Shown here: in pieces, positions 43,193-52,393 of the stretch
Layout: each line of letters begins with the position of its first letter
How positions within the stretch are numbered: the first letter of the stretch is position 1
Assembly: GCA_965112155.1 (NCBI GenBank)
Contig: OZ218098.1
Direction: 5' to 3' (one strand)
DNA from: Podarcis liolepis
Taxonomy: Eukaryota
DNA length: 64,000 nt
Made by a program: the position numbers and the translations under genes
Notes under the pieces: model-generated
The model's input: the letters and a program-made list of their open reading frames with translations, nothing else
Database searches by the model: none
What the model was told of the DNA's origin: nothing

Positions 43193-45870
43193 GATGGGGA
43201 AAAGGACAGACATTTGTCCCCTTTTGTGGCTGTTCAAGTGAGCTGTTCAAGGGGAGTAGTTGTGCTTCAGCCTGATGAATCCCTTTAGGCACATTTCTGG
43301 GTGATGGGCTGGCCCTGAGGCTTACTCTTTGGGCTCTGAGGTAGGATAAGAGCCCCCCTGAGGCTAAACTGCTTCTTTGACCTGAAGCTATGGGGCCTTG
43401 GGGTAGGGTGTGTGGAGCAGCATGTGGCCTGGCAATGGGAGGCAGGTTGGGAAGCCATGCCAGCAGTAGCAGACTTTGGGCTTTCAAATTTCAGCAGTGC
43501 CCTATGTGACACCAAAATTCAGGGGACCTCTACCTCTCGTCTTCTGTTCTAAGTCATTGTTTCAGGAAGCCCTGTGGAGGCCTCTCGGCTCAGTGCCCAG
43601 TGCAGGTGAACTGGTTGTATTCCCCTAAATCTGCCTCTGATGCCTATGTTTCCTGCATATTGGTTTTTTTGGGTTGCCCTAGAGGCTGCAGTTTGTTCAT
43701 GTTTGCGCCTGTACCAATGGCATTTTCCATATGCAGGGGTATTTTGTGGGTTTTATTTTTAAATTAGTTATACCACTTTGTAACTAAACTAAGTTCAACT
43801 GTCTGTGCAACTTTTTAAAATGCAATATGGTAAAGCACATGAACCAGGCCTTTGAAGAATTTGTAAGTAAACCAATCTGTACGTTATCAGATGAGTGGTC
43901 TTTTCCTATATTGGGGGAAGAGGGAAGTTTTGTAACTCACAGGGGCATGCTTTAAAGGTCTAGCAGCCTATATTTCCATGTTTTACTTTGCTGCATATTT
44001 TGGGAGTTTAAATCTCTATGGTGGTTCTCTCACCAGAGTACTTGCCCCAAACTTGGATCTTGGCATCCAGAAATTCTCATTCCTCTGTATGTATCTTTTC
44101 TGTGCACCAACAATTGAGCCATCAGGTCACAACATATTCTTGTGCCCCTGGCTCCTCTCTTACCAGATGATCAGCAGTAGTAAGCCTACTGTAAAATTGT
44201 GTGAAGACATGACCCTCTCAGTAGCTTCAGAATGTGAAACTAGAGAATGTACATCTCCACCCAGCTCTAGCCAAAGAGGAAAACGGCAACAAAAACAGGC
44301 AGGAAAGCAAGAAAGTGACTTTATGTCAGAGCAGTCATATTGTCCTCCTATTGCGGGGAGAAGAAAAAGAAAACTACAGGAAACCAGCCAGAACAGCAAG
44401 GAAACCTCTTTTATATATAATAGATACACATCTATTCTATTCTAGCTTCAAACAGAGCTTTGTGAATCTGTGACACTTGGTGCATGTAGAAAGAACTGAT
44501 TGTGAAACAAAAATAAGATACAATATACATCTATTAGAATAAACAATATGACAAATGAGATATAATACAAGAAAAATGAATAAAATCACAGTAAAGAGCA
44601 AAATGTGTTACAGATTGGAGCTAGAAACTGAAAACATATTTGAAATATAAATGATTACTAGCTCCCAGGGTTGAAATGCCTTTTGGTATATTAGCTTTCA
44701 ATTTCTGGAACACAGTTTTTAATCATTGCTAATTGTTTCCAAATCTTATTTAATGATTCTTTCTTCTTCCTTTTTAATGCCTCAAATTTGACTTCTAATG
44801 TATAACAAAAGTAATTTTAGCTATTTTCAATGCACATAACAGCAGTATATCAGGGATATTTATTTTAACTTCATTGAGATGAAAGATTATAGGTTCTAAG
44901 ATAATTGAAATTGAAAATCTCTTTGATAATCTTATCTGCCATTTCCCAAAACTTCATTGTTCTCCCACATTCCCACTCCAAGTGGTAAAGTGTCTGCATT
45001 CCAGCATTTGAGTAAGAAACCTATTGATTGCAGACCAATGCAGTATGTGGCACACCTGTTGAGAGAAGAACGTACAGCCACATCCCTAACGATCATGCCT
45101 GGGTTCAATCCAAGGTGAGAATCCACATTGCCCACGCAACATTTTTTATTGCATTGTGTGGAGAAAGTGGATAGAGCAAGGTTTTTCACCTTTTCAAAAT
45201 ACTAGAAACCAGGGCCATGCAATGAAGCTGAATGTTTGAAGACAAAAGAATATATATTTTTTGCACAGTACATTTAACAACAACAACAACAACAACAATA
45301 ATAATAATAACAATAATAATTTGCATACCACCCTTCATCTGAAGATCCTAGGACAATTCACAGCAGAAAAATACAAAATAAGAATACAAAATTATGGATT
45401 TTGTTTCCAGATGAACTAGTGATGGACCTCAACTTTGACAGCTTTAAAAGGGGATGAAACAAATCCATGGAGGAAAGAATCACTGGCTGCTCGCCTTGAT
45501 GGCTGTGTGCTACTTCTGGTATTGGAGGAGGTATAGGTCTGAACAGAACTTGCTGAAGAGCCCATTAGGGAGGGTGCCACCATGTTCATGACTTGCTTGT
45601 AGGCTTTCCTTAGTCATCTGGTGGGCCTCTAGGAGAACAGGATGCTGCGCTAGATGGGCCTTTTGTCTGATCCACCTGGGGACTGCTTATAGTTTTATCT
45701 GGTTCCACGGAGGGCTACTATTCAAGATGCACAAGGGTAACAGTTCTTTGGTCAAATGGAAATACTTGTATCATGTTTTGTTTCGTTTTCTTCCAGTATT
45801 AATAATACAATCGTCTTCTATGTCTGACTCTCAGGATCGAAGAACCCCCAGTTCAGAATAGGCTGTTGTC

Positions 45871-46277
45871 TGTTGAAGACCTGCCAACAGAGAGGGAGGA
45901 AAAAGGGGAGGGAGACAATGGAATGCAGGCAGCCGGGGAAACAAGCAGACAGACAGTGGGTGGAAGTTCATGCGATAGAGCGAGGGAACTAACGGGGAGT
46001 GACAGCTTGTCAGAAGGAGGAGGGGAGCCTGTGAGCTTCAGAACCTGCAGGAGGGGAGGGCTCCAAGCAAGGGAGCAGGAAAAGCAGCGTCATAAAAAAC
46101 GGACGCACTTCCATTTCTGTTGGAGACGGAAGAAGAACGAAAGCGAAACTTCAGTCGAGTCATTGTGACTATGATGAAAGCTGCTCAAAGAGAGAGCTCC
46201 CAAGTTTCTGTGTTTTGTTTGGCAATAAACCAACCTTTTAATTAACCGGACTCGTGTGTTATCAGCGGCCACTCACA
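45871..46277 (+). mobile_element. Probable solo LTR (~407 bp)
   Basis: TGTTG...TCACA termini, purine-rich 5' part, AATAAA near 46224, open frame 45872-46168. The TSD is degenerate (TTGTC/CTGAC), so the left boundary is uncertain. Confidence 0.6.
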
Positions 46278-47364
46278 CTGACTTTCTCACTGCTCTCCTC
46301 AATAAGGGCACTGATGTGCTATGAGTCTTACCAAATGAGTTCCCCTCCTCCAGCAAAATAATTGGAGCCATGTGATGAGATAACAGAACAAAAAGGAAAG
46401 AAAACACACACCTACATTATTTACCACCTTGGTCCCCCCCACTCCTGCTCTGACATACCCCCACACCCTGGAATTAGCTCTGAATAAGGAAAACAAATTC
46501 CCCAAGAGCATCATTTGGCAGCAGATCACTGTTTGGTTGACCTATGGCTCTTTAAATGTTGTTGAACTTCAACGCCTATCATTGCTCATCATTGGCTTTC
46601 CTGGGTGAGGCTAATGGGAACTGGAATCCAGTCACAACTGCAGGACCACAGGTTCCTCATGGTGAAAGAGCAACCCAAAGTACCCTGAATGTGTTGGTAG
46701 GCTGATAGGTACTATAATTCTAGAATGGGAGTATGGGGACCAGGGGTAGAAATGCATACACTCCAGAAATGTCAAAGATACCACTCTATAACCTCAGCCC
46801 CCAACTCAGGTTGCTTGCACGCATCTGCATGTCCACACAAATGCATGTGCCAACACAAAATTCTATGTCTAGGTGCCTTTGGCTCTGGGTGGTATTATTT
46901 TTCATTTGATAGGGCCAATAAACTTTTGGATAAGAAGTTGGCTGTAGATCACAAAGCAGATGAAATAGTGCACATATTGGCAAAAATGGGGAGGAGGGGA
47001 AGCTGTGCTGATGCCAAGTTTCTAATTATTTTCAGCCACTGCTCCCTGTTCCTGCAACTCTGTTCTTCATTTATCGGATTTCCTTCCGTGATCAGGTTTA
47101 AGATGTGAAATTGAAAAATATATTGGAAAAAGTGTAGTTGGGAGGGTGGAGGTGGATGTTCCTTCCTTATTAAAAAGAATATCAATGAAAAAACACACAC
47201 ATGAATTACACCCCCATGCTTATAACAAAGCAATAAAGTCCTCTTAGCATGCTTCCAGAGATTGCATCCCTCCAGGGCATATTGTAAGTGAAAGGTGCAC
47301 TAATTATGCATGTCCAACACATGGAAGTCAGATGAGGACTTTGCCTGCTGCTACTAATCCAAGC

Positions 47365-47379
47365 TCCTGCCAACCTAGC
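47365..47379 (+). mobile_element. Left piece of a 5'-truncated Sauria SINE interrupted by the Gypsy element
   Basis: TCCTGCCAACCTAGC continues as AGTTCGAAAGCAC... after the element; preceded by the SINE TSD TACTAATCCAAGC (47352-47364). Confidence 0.85.
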
Positions 47380-48012
47380 TGTGCTGGTCCCGGGGGTAAG
47401 GTACCGTGGGTGTAGCAGAGTCCACACGAAGAGGGGCAAGGTCCGAGGCAGAGAGCCGGGCGGGGAACAGGTACGCTGGAACAGGAGGCTGTGCAGGGAA
47501 CAGGAACACCGGATGGTCGGGAACAGGAGGCCGAGCAGGGAACAGGAGTACCGGATAGTCAGGAACAGGAGGCCGAGCAGGGATCAGGAACACAGGAAGG
47601 TCCGAAGCCAACAACGACGTTGCTCCCGCAACCTGGGGCTGGGCTGACTGGGCTTTTATCCTCTTCTAAGGCCAGGGGCGGTCCCGGCCCCCAGGAGCCC
47701 CGCCTCCTCTGGCCTTAAGGCGAGCACTCCTCCTGGGGGCAACCAGTTCCCTTCGCCTCTCTGCCCTAAGCCTCTGCAGATCAGGAGAGGCCGAAGGGTT
47801 ACTGGGCCCTGGAGGAGGCTCACCTGTGGCCACTGAGTCGTCAAGCCTCTCTGGGGCCAGAAGGGTTTCACCTGGGGCCAGCTCCTGATGCACTGCCACA
47901 GGTGCAGGTTCTTCAGCATCTAGGCCTTGCCCCAGTTCAGCCGGCCCTGGAGTCTTGTGCAGGCTGGGATTCCTCTGTTTCATCCTCCGAATCGGAATCC
48001 CAGGCCATCACA
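47380..48012 (-). repeat. 3' LTR (633 bp)
   Basis: Direct repeat of 52394-53026, immediately preceded on the minus strand by a polypurine tract. Confidence 0.98.
47666..47983 (-). CDS. Putative U3-encoded protein (105 aa), acidic/Pro-rich with basic C-terminal region containing PRRSARLK; identical copy at 52680-52997
   Basis: ATG with A at -3; the ORF fills U3 and stops 5 nt before the TATA-like box; it is in the +1 frame relative to the pol tail. Translation is not demonstrated. Confidence 0.45.
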   Translation of the reverse strand: MKQRNPSLHKTPGPAELGQGLDAEEPAPVAVHQELAPGETLLAPERLDDSVATGEPPPGPSNPSASPDLQRLRAERRRELVAPRRSARLKARGGGAPGGRDRPWP

Positions 48013-51000
48013 CCATCCCCCCTCCCAGGCCCCCCCCTCAACCGAGGGTCCGGACCCGGCTTGCCGGGGTACGTCGCATGGAACTCTCGGAGGCAGGCAG
48101 GTGCGTGGACGTTGGCCGCTGGTTCCCAGGAACGGTCCTCCGGTCCGTACCCCTTCCAGTCAATGAGATACTGCAGCTTTCCCCTGCGGTATCGGGAGTC
48201 CAGGATGCGTTCCACCTCGTACTCAGGCTCTCCCCGAACCAACACTGGCTGCGGTCGGGGACGGTTCGGGTGGAACTCGTCGGGTGGGGCCACCGGACTC
48301 AAAAGGGACCTGTGGAAGACCGGGTGAACCTTCAGGGTTGCGGGTAACCGGAGACGAAATGCCACAGGAGAGACTTGGTCTACGATAGGGAACGGGCCGG
48401 TGAAGCGGGCGTCCAACTTCCGCGAAGGTCGAGAGGGGTGGAGGTGGCGAGTGGAGAGCCAAACCAGGTCACCGACGCGAAGTTCCGGCCCCACCTGGCG
48501 GTGGCGGTCGGCCTGGGCTTTGTACGCTTCCTTGGCCTGGTGCAGTTGCTCCACCAAAAGCTGTTGCTGGGACTGGAGCTCTTGAAGCCACTCCGTCACC
48601 GCCGGGACCGCGGACGCCGGCAGCACCTCTGGAAACAGCCGTGGATGATAACCATAACTGGCCTGGAACGGGGTCTGCTGGGTGGACGCATTCACCGCGT
48701 TGTTATAGGCGAACTCTGCCAATGCCAGGTGGTCGACCCAGTCATCCTGCTGGTAGCTGCAGTAACACCGGAGGTACTGCTCCAGCACCGCGTTCGCCCG
48801 TTCCGTCTGGCCATCGGTCTGTGGGTGGTAGGCTGACGAGAGGCAGACCTCTGTCCCGAGGGTCTGGTGTAATGCTCGCCAGAACCGGGATGTGAACTGA
48901 ACGCCCCGGTCGGACACCACACGCTCAGGTAGGCCATGCAAGCGGAAGACATGCTGAAGGTACAGCTGAGCAGTTTCCTTGGCTGTGGGTACAGATGGAC
49001 AGGGAGCGCAGTGCACCATCTTGGTGAAATGGTCGGAGAAAACCAGAAGGCAGGTACAGCCACGAGACGAGGGTAAGTCCACTATAAAGTCCAATGAAAC
49101 CGTGTGCCAAGGACGCGGTGGAACTGGCAATGGCTGAAGTAGGCCGGGGGGTCGCCCGGTAGGTCCCTTGGCGCGCCGGCAGACATCACAACCAGCAACG
49201 TAGCGAGCCACGTCAGCCTTCAGGCGGGGCCACCAAAACTCTCGACTGACCAGATGGGTGGTCCGATACCGTCCAAAGTGCCCCGCTGCTGGGGCATCAT
49301 GGGCCATCCGGAGAACCTCCAGCCGTAGTGGCCCTGGCGGGATGTACAGACGACCGTGATGCAGCAGAAGGCCCTGATGCAGGACCAGTCCCGGATACTG
49401 TGGGCTGGACCCTTCAGCCAGCTCCCGGAGCCGATCCTGGGCCCAAGCGTCGACCCGCTGCTGTTCCCGCACCCGAACCTGCAGTGGCTGCGCCTCCTGG
49501 GTGGCCAGGAATGCAGCCGGAGGTAGGATCGTGGTGGGTTCTGCTTGCTGTACCGTGTCTGCGTTGTCTTCAGGTTTCCGGGACAGGGCATCCGCCTTCT
49601 GATTCTGAGAGCTAGGGATGTAGCGGATCCGGAACTGGAACCGGGAAAAGAACAACGCCCACCGGATCTGTCTTTGGTTCAGCTTGCGGGTGGTCTGGAG
49701 GTACTCCAGGTTCCGGTGGTCGGTTCTCACCTCCACCGGATGTCGTGCCCCCTCAAGATGGTGGCGCCAGACCTCAAAGGCTACCTTGATGGCCAGTAGT
49801 TCCCGCTCCCACACAGTATAGTTACGCTCCGCTGGTAGGAGCTGGCGGGAATAGAAGGCACAGGGTAAGAGTGGCGCTTCAGGCCCAATCTGTTGAGACA
49901 AGACGGCACCGAGAGCCGTACTGGAGGCGTCGGTCTCCACCACAAAAGGTCGAGAGGGGTCAGGATGTTGTAAGATTGGTGCCCTCTGGAAACAGGCCTT
50001 CAACCCCTGAAACGCCTCCTCTGCCTCCTTGTCCCAGGAAAACGGCGTCTTTGGGCGCAGTAGCCGGGTCAACGGGGTGGTGCGATGAGCATAATCAGCG
50101 ATGAAGGTCCGGTAGTAATTGGCGAACCCCAGGAAACGCTGTAGGTCCTTGCGGTTCCGGGGTGCCGCCCATTCTCGAACCGCTGTCACCTTCCCCGGGT
50201 CCATTTGCACCCCATCTGGAGAGAGCCGGTGACCAAGGAAGTCCACAGTCCGCTGATGGAACTCACACTTGCTGAGCTTTGCGTACAAACGGTGCTCACG
50301 CAAGCGCTGCAGCACGGTCCGGACATGTCCCTCATGGTGAGCCGGGTCACGGGAGTAAATCAGTATGTCATCCAAATACACCACCACGTACTTGTCTAAC
50401 AAGTCCTGAAACACGTGGTTGATGTAGCGTTGGAACACAGCAGGCGCGTTGCACAAACCGAAAGGCATAACCAAATATTCGAACTGCCCGTACCGGGTCC
50501 CAAACGCTGTCTTCCACTCATCCCCGGCTCGGATCCGAATCAAGTTGTAGGCCCCTCGGAGGTCCAGCTTGGTGAACACCTGTGCCCCTTGCACCCGCTC
50601 CAGCAGCTCCGAGATAAGGGGTAAGGGGTACCGGTCTGGGACGGTAATTTTGTTCAGGGCTCGGTAATCATGGCAAGGGCGGAGTTCCCCACATTTCTTC
50701 TTAACGAAAAGCACTGGTGCCGCGGTAGGCGAGGTGGAAGGCCTAATGAACCCACGCTCCAGGTTCTTGCGCAAGAAGTCCTGCAAAGCCTCGCGCTCTG
50801 GCTCTGTTAGGGAATATAAGCGACTCACTGGTAAAGGCGCTCCGGGTTGGAGGTCTATGCCGCAGTCAAAAGGCCGATGCGGCGGCAGCTGGTCTGCCCC
50901 CCGTTCCTCGAACACGTCCTGGTAGTCCTGGTACACGGCTGGGAGCGTGGGTGCTGCCTCCTCTGAGGGCGCGGCCGCCAGCGTTCCGGATTGAGCATGG

Positions 51001-51449
51001 GAACATGGGTCTGGGAAGTGCACGGTCCGTTTGACCCAGTCAATTTGAACGTTGTGGGCTTCCAGCCAGTCCATCCCGAGCACCAGGGGGAAGCGGGGCA
51101 TAGAAGCAATGTCCAAAGTTCGCAACTCCCGGTGCTGCTGGAGACACAGGACCAGGGGCTGGGTCTCCTGAGTAACAGCACCTGAACGCAGAAGTCGTCC
51201 GTCAATCGCTTCCACCTGGACCGGTACTGGCTTGTTCCGAAGTGGCACCTGATGATGGGTGGCAAAAGCAGCGTCCATATAGGAGTGGGTTGCCCCTGAA
51301 TCTACCAAAGCATGGGTGAGGATCCAGGGCCCCCCTGGAGGGTATAAACGTACCGAAACCATAAGATGTTGCAAGTCCATTGGTGCGGGCCCATTCTGTA
51401 CGGTTTGGGACCCCCGGTAGCTAGGGCCATCAGCTACTGGGGTTGGCGG
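47937..51449 (-). CDS. pol: Pol (protease, RT, RNase H, integrase, chromodomain), expected as a Gag-Pol fusion via -1 frameshift
   Basis: ALVDSGAT protease; LPPHR and YLDDILIYS RT; ETDAS and ERELLAI RNase H; HHCC and D-D-E (SLDF/SDRG/QTERAN) integrase; GPF motif; chromodomain EYEVERILDSR...YLIDWKGYGPEDRSWEP. The frame is open from the slippery site through the ORF-track Met at 51380 and runs 76 nt into the 3' LTR. Confidence 0.97.
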   Translation of the reverse strand, partial: PPTPVADGPSYRGSQTVQNGPAPMDLQHLMVSVRLYPPGGPWILTHALVDSGATHSYMDAAFATHHQVPLRNKPVPVQVEAIDGRLLRSGAVTQETQPLVLCLQQHRELRTLDIASMPRFPLVLGMDWLEAHNVQIDWVKRTVHFPDPCSHAQSGTLAAAPSEEAAPTLPAVYQDYQDVFEERGADQLPPHRPFDCGIDLQPGAPLPVSRLYSLTEPEREALQDFLRKNLERGFIRPSTSPTAAPVLFVKKKCGELRPCHDYRALNKITVPDRYPLPLISELLERVQGAQVFTKLDLRGAYNLIRIRAGDEWKTAFGTRYGQFEYLVMPFGLCNAPAVFQRYINHVFQDLLDKYVVVYLDDILIYSRDPAHHEGHVRTVLQRLREHRLYAKLSKCEFHQRTVDFLGHRLSPDGVQMDPGKVTAVREWAAPRNRKDLQRFLGFANYYRTFIADYAHRTTPLTRLLRPKTPFSWDKEAEEAFQGLKACFQRAPILQHPDPSRPFVVETDASSTALGAVLSQQIGPEAPLLPCAFYSRQLLPAERNYTVWERELLAIKVAFEVWRHHLEGARHPVEVRTDHRNLEYLQTTRKLNQRQIRWALFFSRFQFRIRYIPSSQNQKADALSRKPEDNADTVQQAEPTTILPPAAFLATQEAQPLQVRVREQQRVDAWAQDRLRELAEGSSPQYPGLVLHQGLLLHHGRLYIPPGPLRLEVLRMAHDAPAAGHFGRYRTTHLVSREFWWPRLKADVARYVAGCDVCRRAKGPTGRPPGLLQPLPVPPRPWHTVSLDFIVDLPSSRGCTCLLVFSDHFTKMVHCAPCPSVPTAKETAQLYLQHVFRLHGLPERVVSDRGVQFTSRFWRALHQTLGTEVCLSSAYHPQTDGQTERANAVLEQYLRCYCSYQQDDWVDHLALAEFAYNNAVNASTQQTPFQASYGYHPRLFPEVLPASAVPAVTEWLQELQSQQQLLVEQLHQAKEAYKAQADRHRQVGPELRVGDLVWLSTRHLHPSRPSRKLDARFTGPFPIVDQVSPVAFRLRLPATLKVHPVFHRSLLSPVAPPDEFHPNRPRPQPVLVRGEPEYEVERILDSRYRRGKLQYLIDWKGYGPEDRSWEPAANVHAPACLREFHATYPGKPGPDPRLRGGPGRGDGVMAWDSDSEDETEESQPAQDSRAG
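48013..48026 (-). promoter_or_regulatory. Polypurine tract GGGAGGGGGGATGG
   Basis: Purine-rich run abutting the TG of the 3' LTR. Confidence 0.9.
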
Positions 51450-51455
51450 TTTCCC
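51388..51455 (-). promoter_or_regulatory. Programmed -1 frameshift signal: G GGA AAC plus H-type pseudoknot
   Basis: Heptamer at 51455-51449 in the gag frame; 6-nt spacer; stem 1 CCCCAGUAGC/GCUACCGGGG; stem 2 GGCCC/GGGCC; pol is in the -1 frame. Confidence 0.9.
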
Positions 51456-52330
51456 TGCGGCTGGCGTTTCTCAGGGCAGGACCGAGCGAAGTGTCCACTT
51501 CCGCCACAGTAAAGACAGAGATTTCCCTCCCGACGCCGCGCCTTCTCTGCGGGGGAAAGGCGTGGCCGCACTGCCCCGAGCTGCATAGGCTCCTCCGTTA
51601 AATCAGTTGTGACCGTGGGGCTGCCGGAAAAAGCTGGTGCCGTGAACTGGGAGTGTCGGCGACCCCGGGCCTGACGACGATCCTCCAACCGGTCGTCTAT
51701 TTGTAGACTCCGTTGAATGAGAGTGTCCAGCGTGGTGGGGCGTTCCATTGTGGCCAACTGGTCCAGTACCTCGTCCGAAAGCCCTTCGAGATACTGGTCC
51801 CGCAGTGCCGAGTCATTCCAGGTCAAGTCCTGTGCCAACAGCCGAAACTCCGTGGTATATTTGGCCACCGTGGACTTGCCTTGTTTCAAACGCCGAATCG
51901 CCCGGTTGGCTTGACTCTCTTTCTGGGGGTTGCCGAACGCGGCCTCCAAATGATTGCAAAACCCCGTATAGTCTGCCAGCAAGGGGGAGTCTTGCCTGAG
52001 TAGCGGCAACGCCCACTTGGCCGCCTGGTCCTTTAACAAACTAATCAAAAAGTGCACCTTGGTGCGGTCGTCAGGAAAGTTCCGGGCTCGCCCCTGAATA
52101 TACAGCTTGGCCTGGGCCAGGAACATGGGAAAGCTGGCCGGGGCTCCATCAAATTTCTCAGGCAAAGCCACTGGGTACTTGCCCGGAGCCGGGGCGTCGG
52201 CCCCAGGAGCCGGTAGGGCTTCCAAGCGTTGCTGAAGTGCCACAACCGCGTCGCTGAGCTGCTGCACGGTGTGAGTCAAGGCCTGGTTCTCCTGGGCCAA
52301 AGCCCCCAGTGCAGCTGCCTGTTCAGCCAT
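51434..52330 (-). CDS. gag: Gag (298 aa), PEG10/sushi-type capsid plus CCHC zinc knuckle
   Basis: gccATGg Kozak context; N-terminal coiled-coil-like segment; capsid motifs LPEKFDG...FPDDRTKVHFLISLL...WA; EPMQLG motif; CLYCGGSGHFARSC (CX2CX4HX4C). Confidence 0.97.
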   Translation of the reverse strand: MAEQAAALGALAQENQALTHTVQQLSDAVVALQQRLEALPAPGADAPAPGKYPVALPEKFDGAPASFPMFLAQAKLYIQGRARNFPDDRTKVHFLISLLKDQAAKWALPLLRQDSPLLADYTGFCNHLEAAFGNPQKESQANRAIRRLKQGKSTVAKYTTEFRLLAQDLTWNDSALRDQYLEGLSDEVLDQLATMERPTTLDTLIQRSLQIDDRLEDRRQARGRRHSQFTAPAFSGSPTVTTDLTEEPMQLGAVRPRLSPAEKARRREGNLCLYCGGSGHFARSCPEKRQPQGNRQPQ

Positions 52331-52381
52331 GGCCTCTGGCTCTTCCCGAACGCACCCCTACGAAGGGGGAGTGCGGGTGTG

Positions 52382-52391
52382 GCGGGAGCAA
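52382..52391 (-). promoter_or_regulatory. Self-priming primer-binding site (TTGCTCCCGC)
   Basis: Begins after a 2-nt spacer downstream of the 5' LTR, lacks TGG, and is exactly complementary to minus-strand GCGGGAGCAA at 52643-52634 inside the LTR. Confidence 0.85.
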
Positions 52392-52393
52392 AC

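Noticed and set aside
47463-47597. Repeat-spacer-like GGAACAGGA array resembling CRISPR
   Set aside because: Eukaryotic LTR tandem repeat; the spacers themselves recur and there are no cas genes.
47375-47718. Repetitive ORFs (PARPPVPDYPVLLF..., EQEAEQG...) in R/U5
   Set aside because: Products of a 42-bp tandem unit that keeps several frames open; mostly non-ATG starts.
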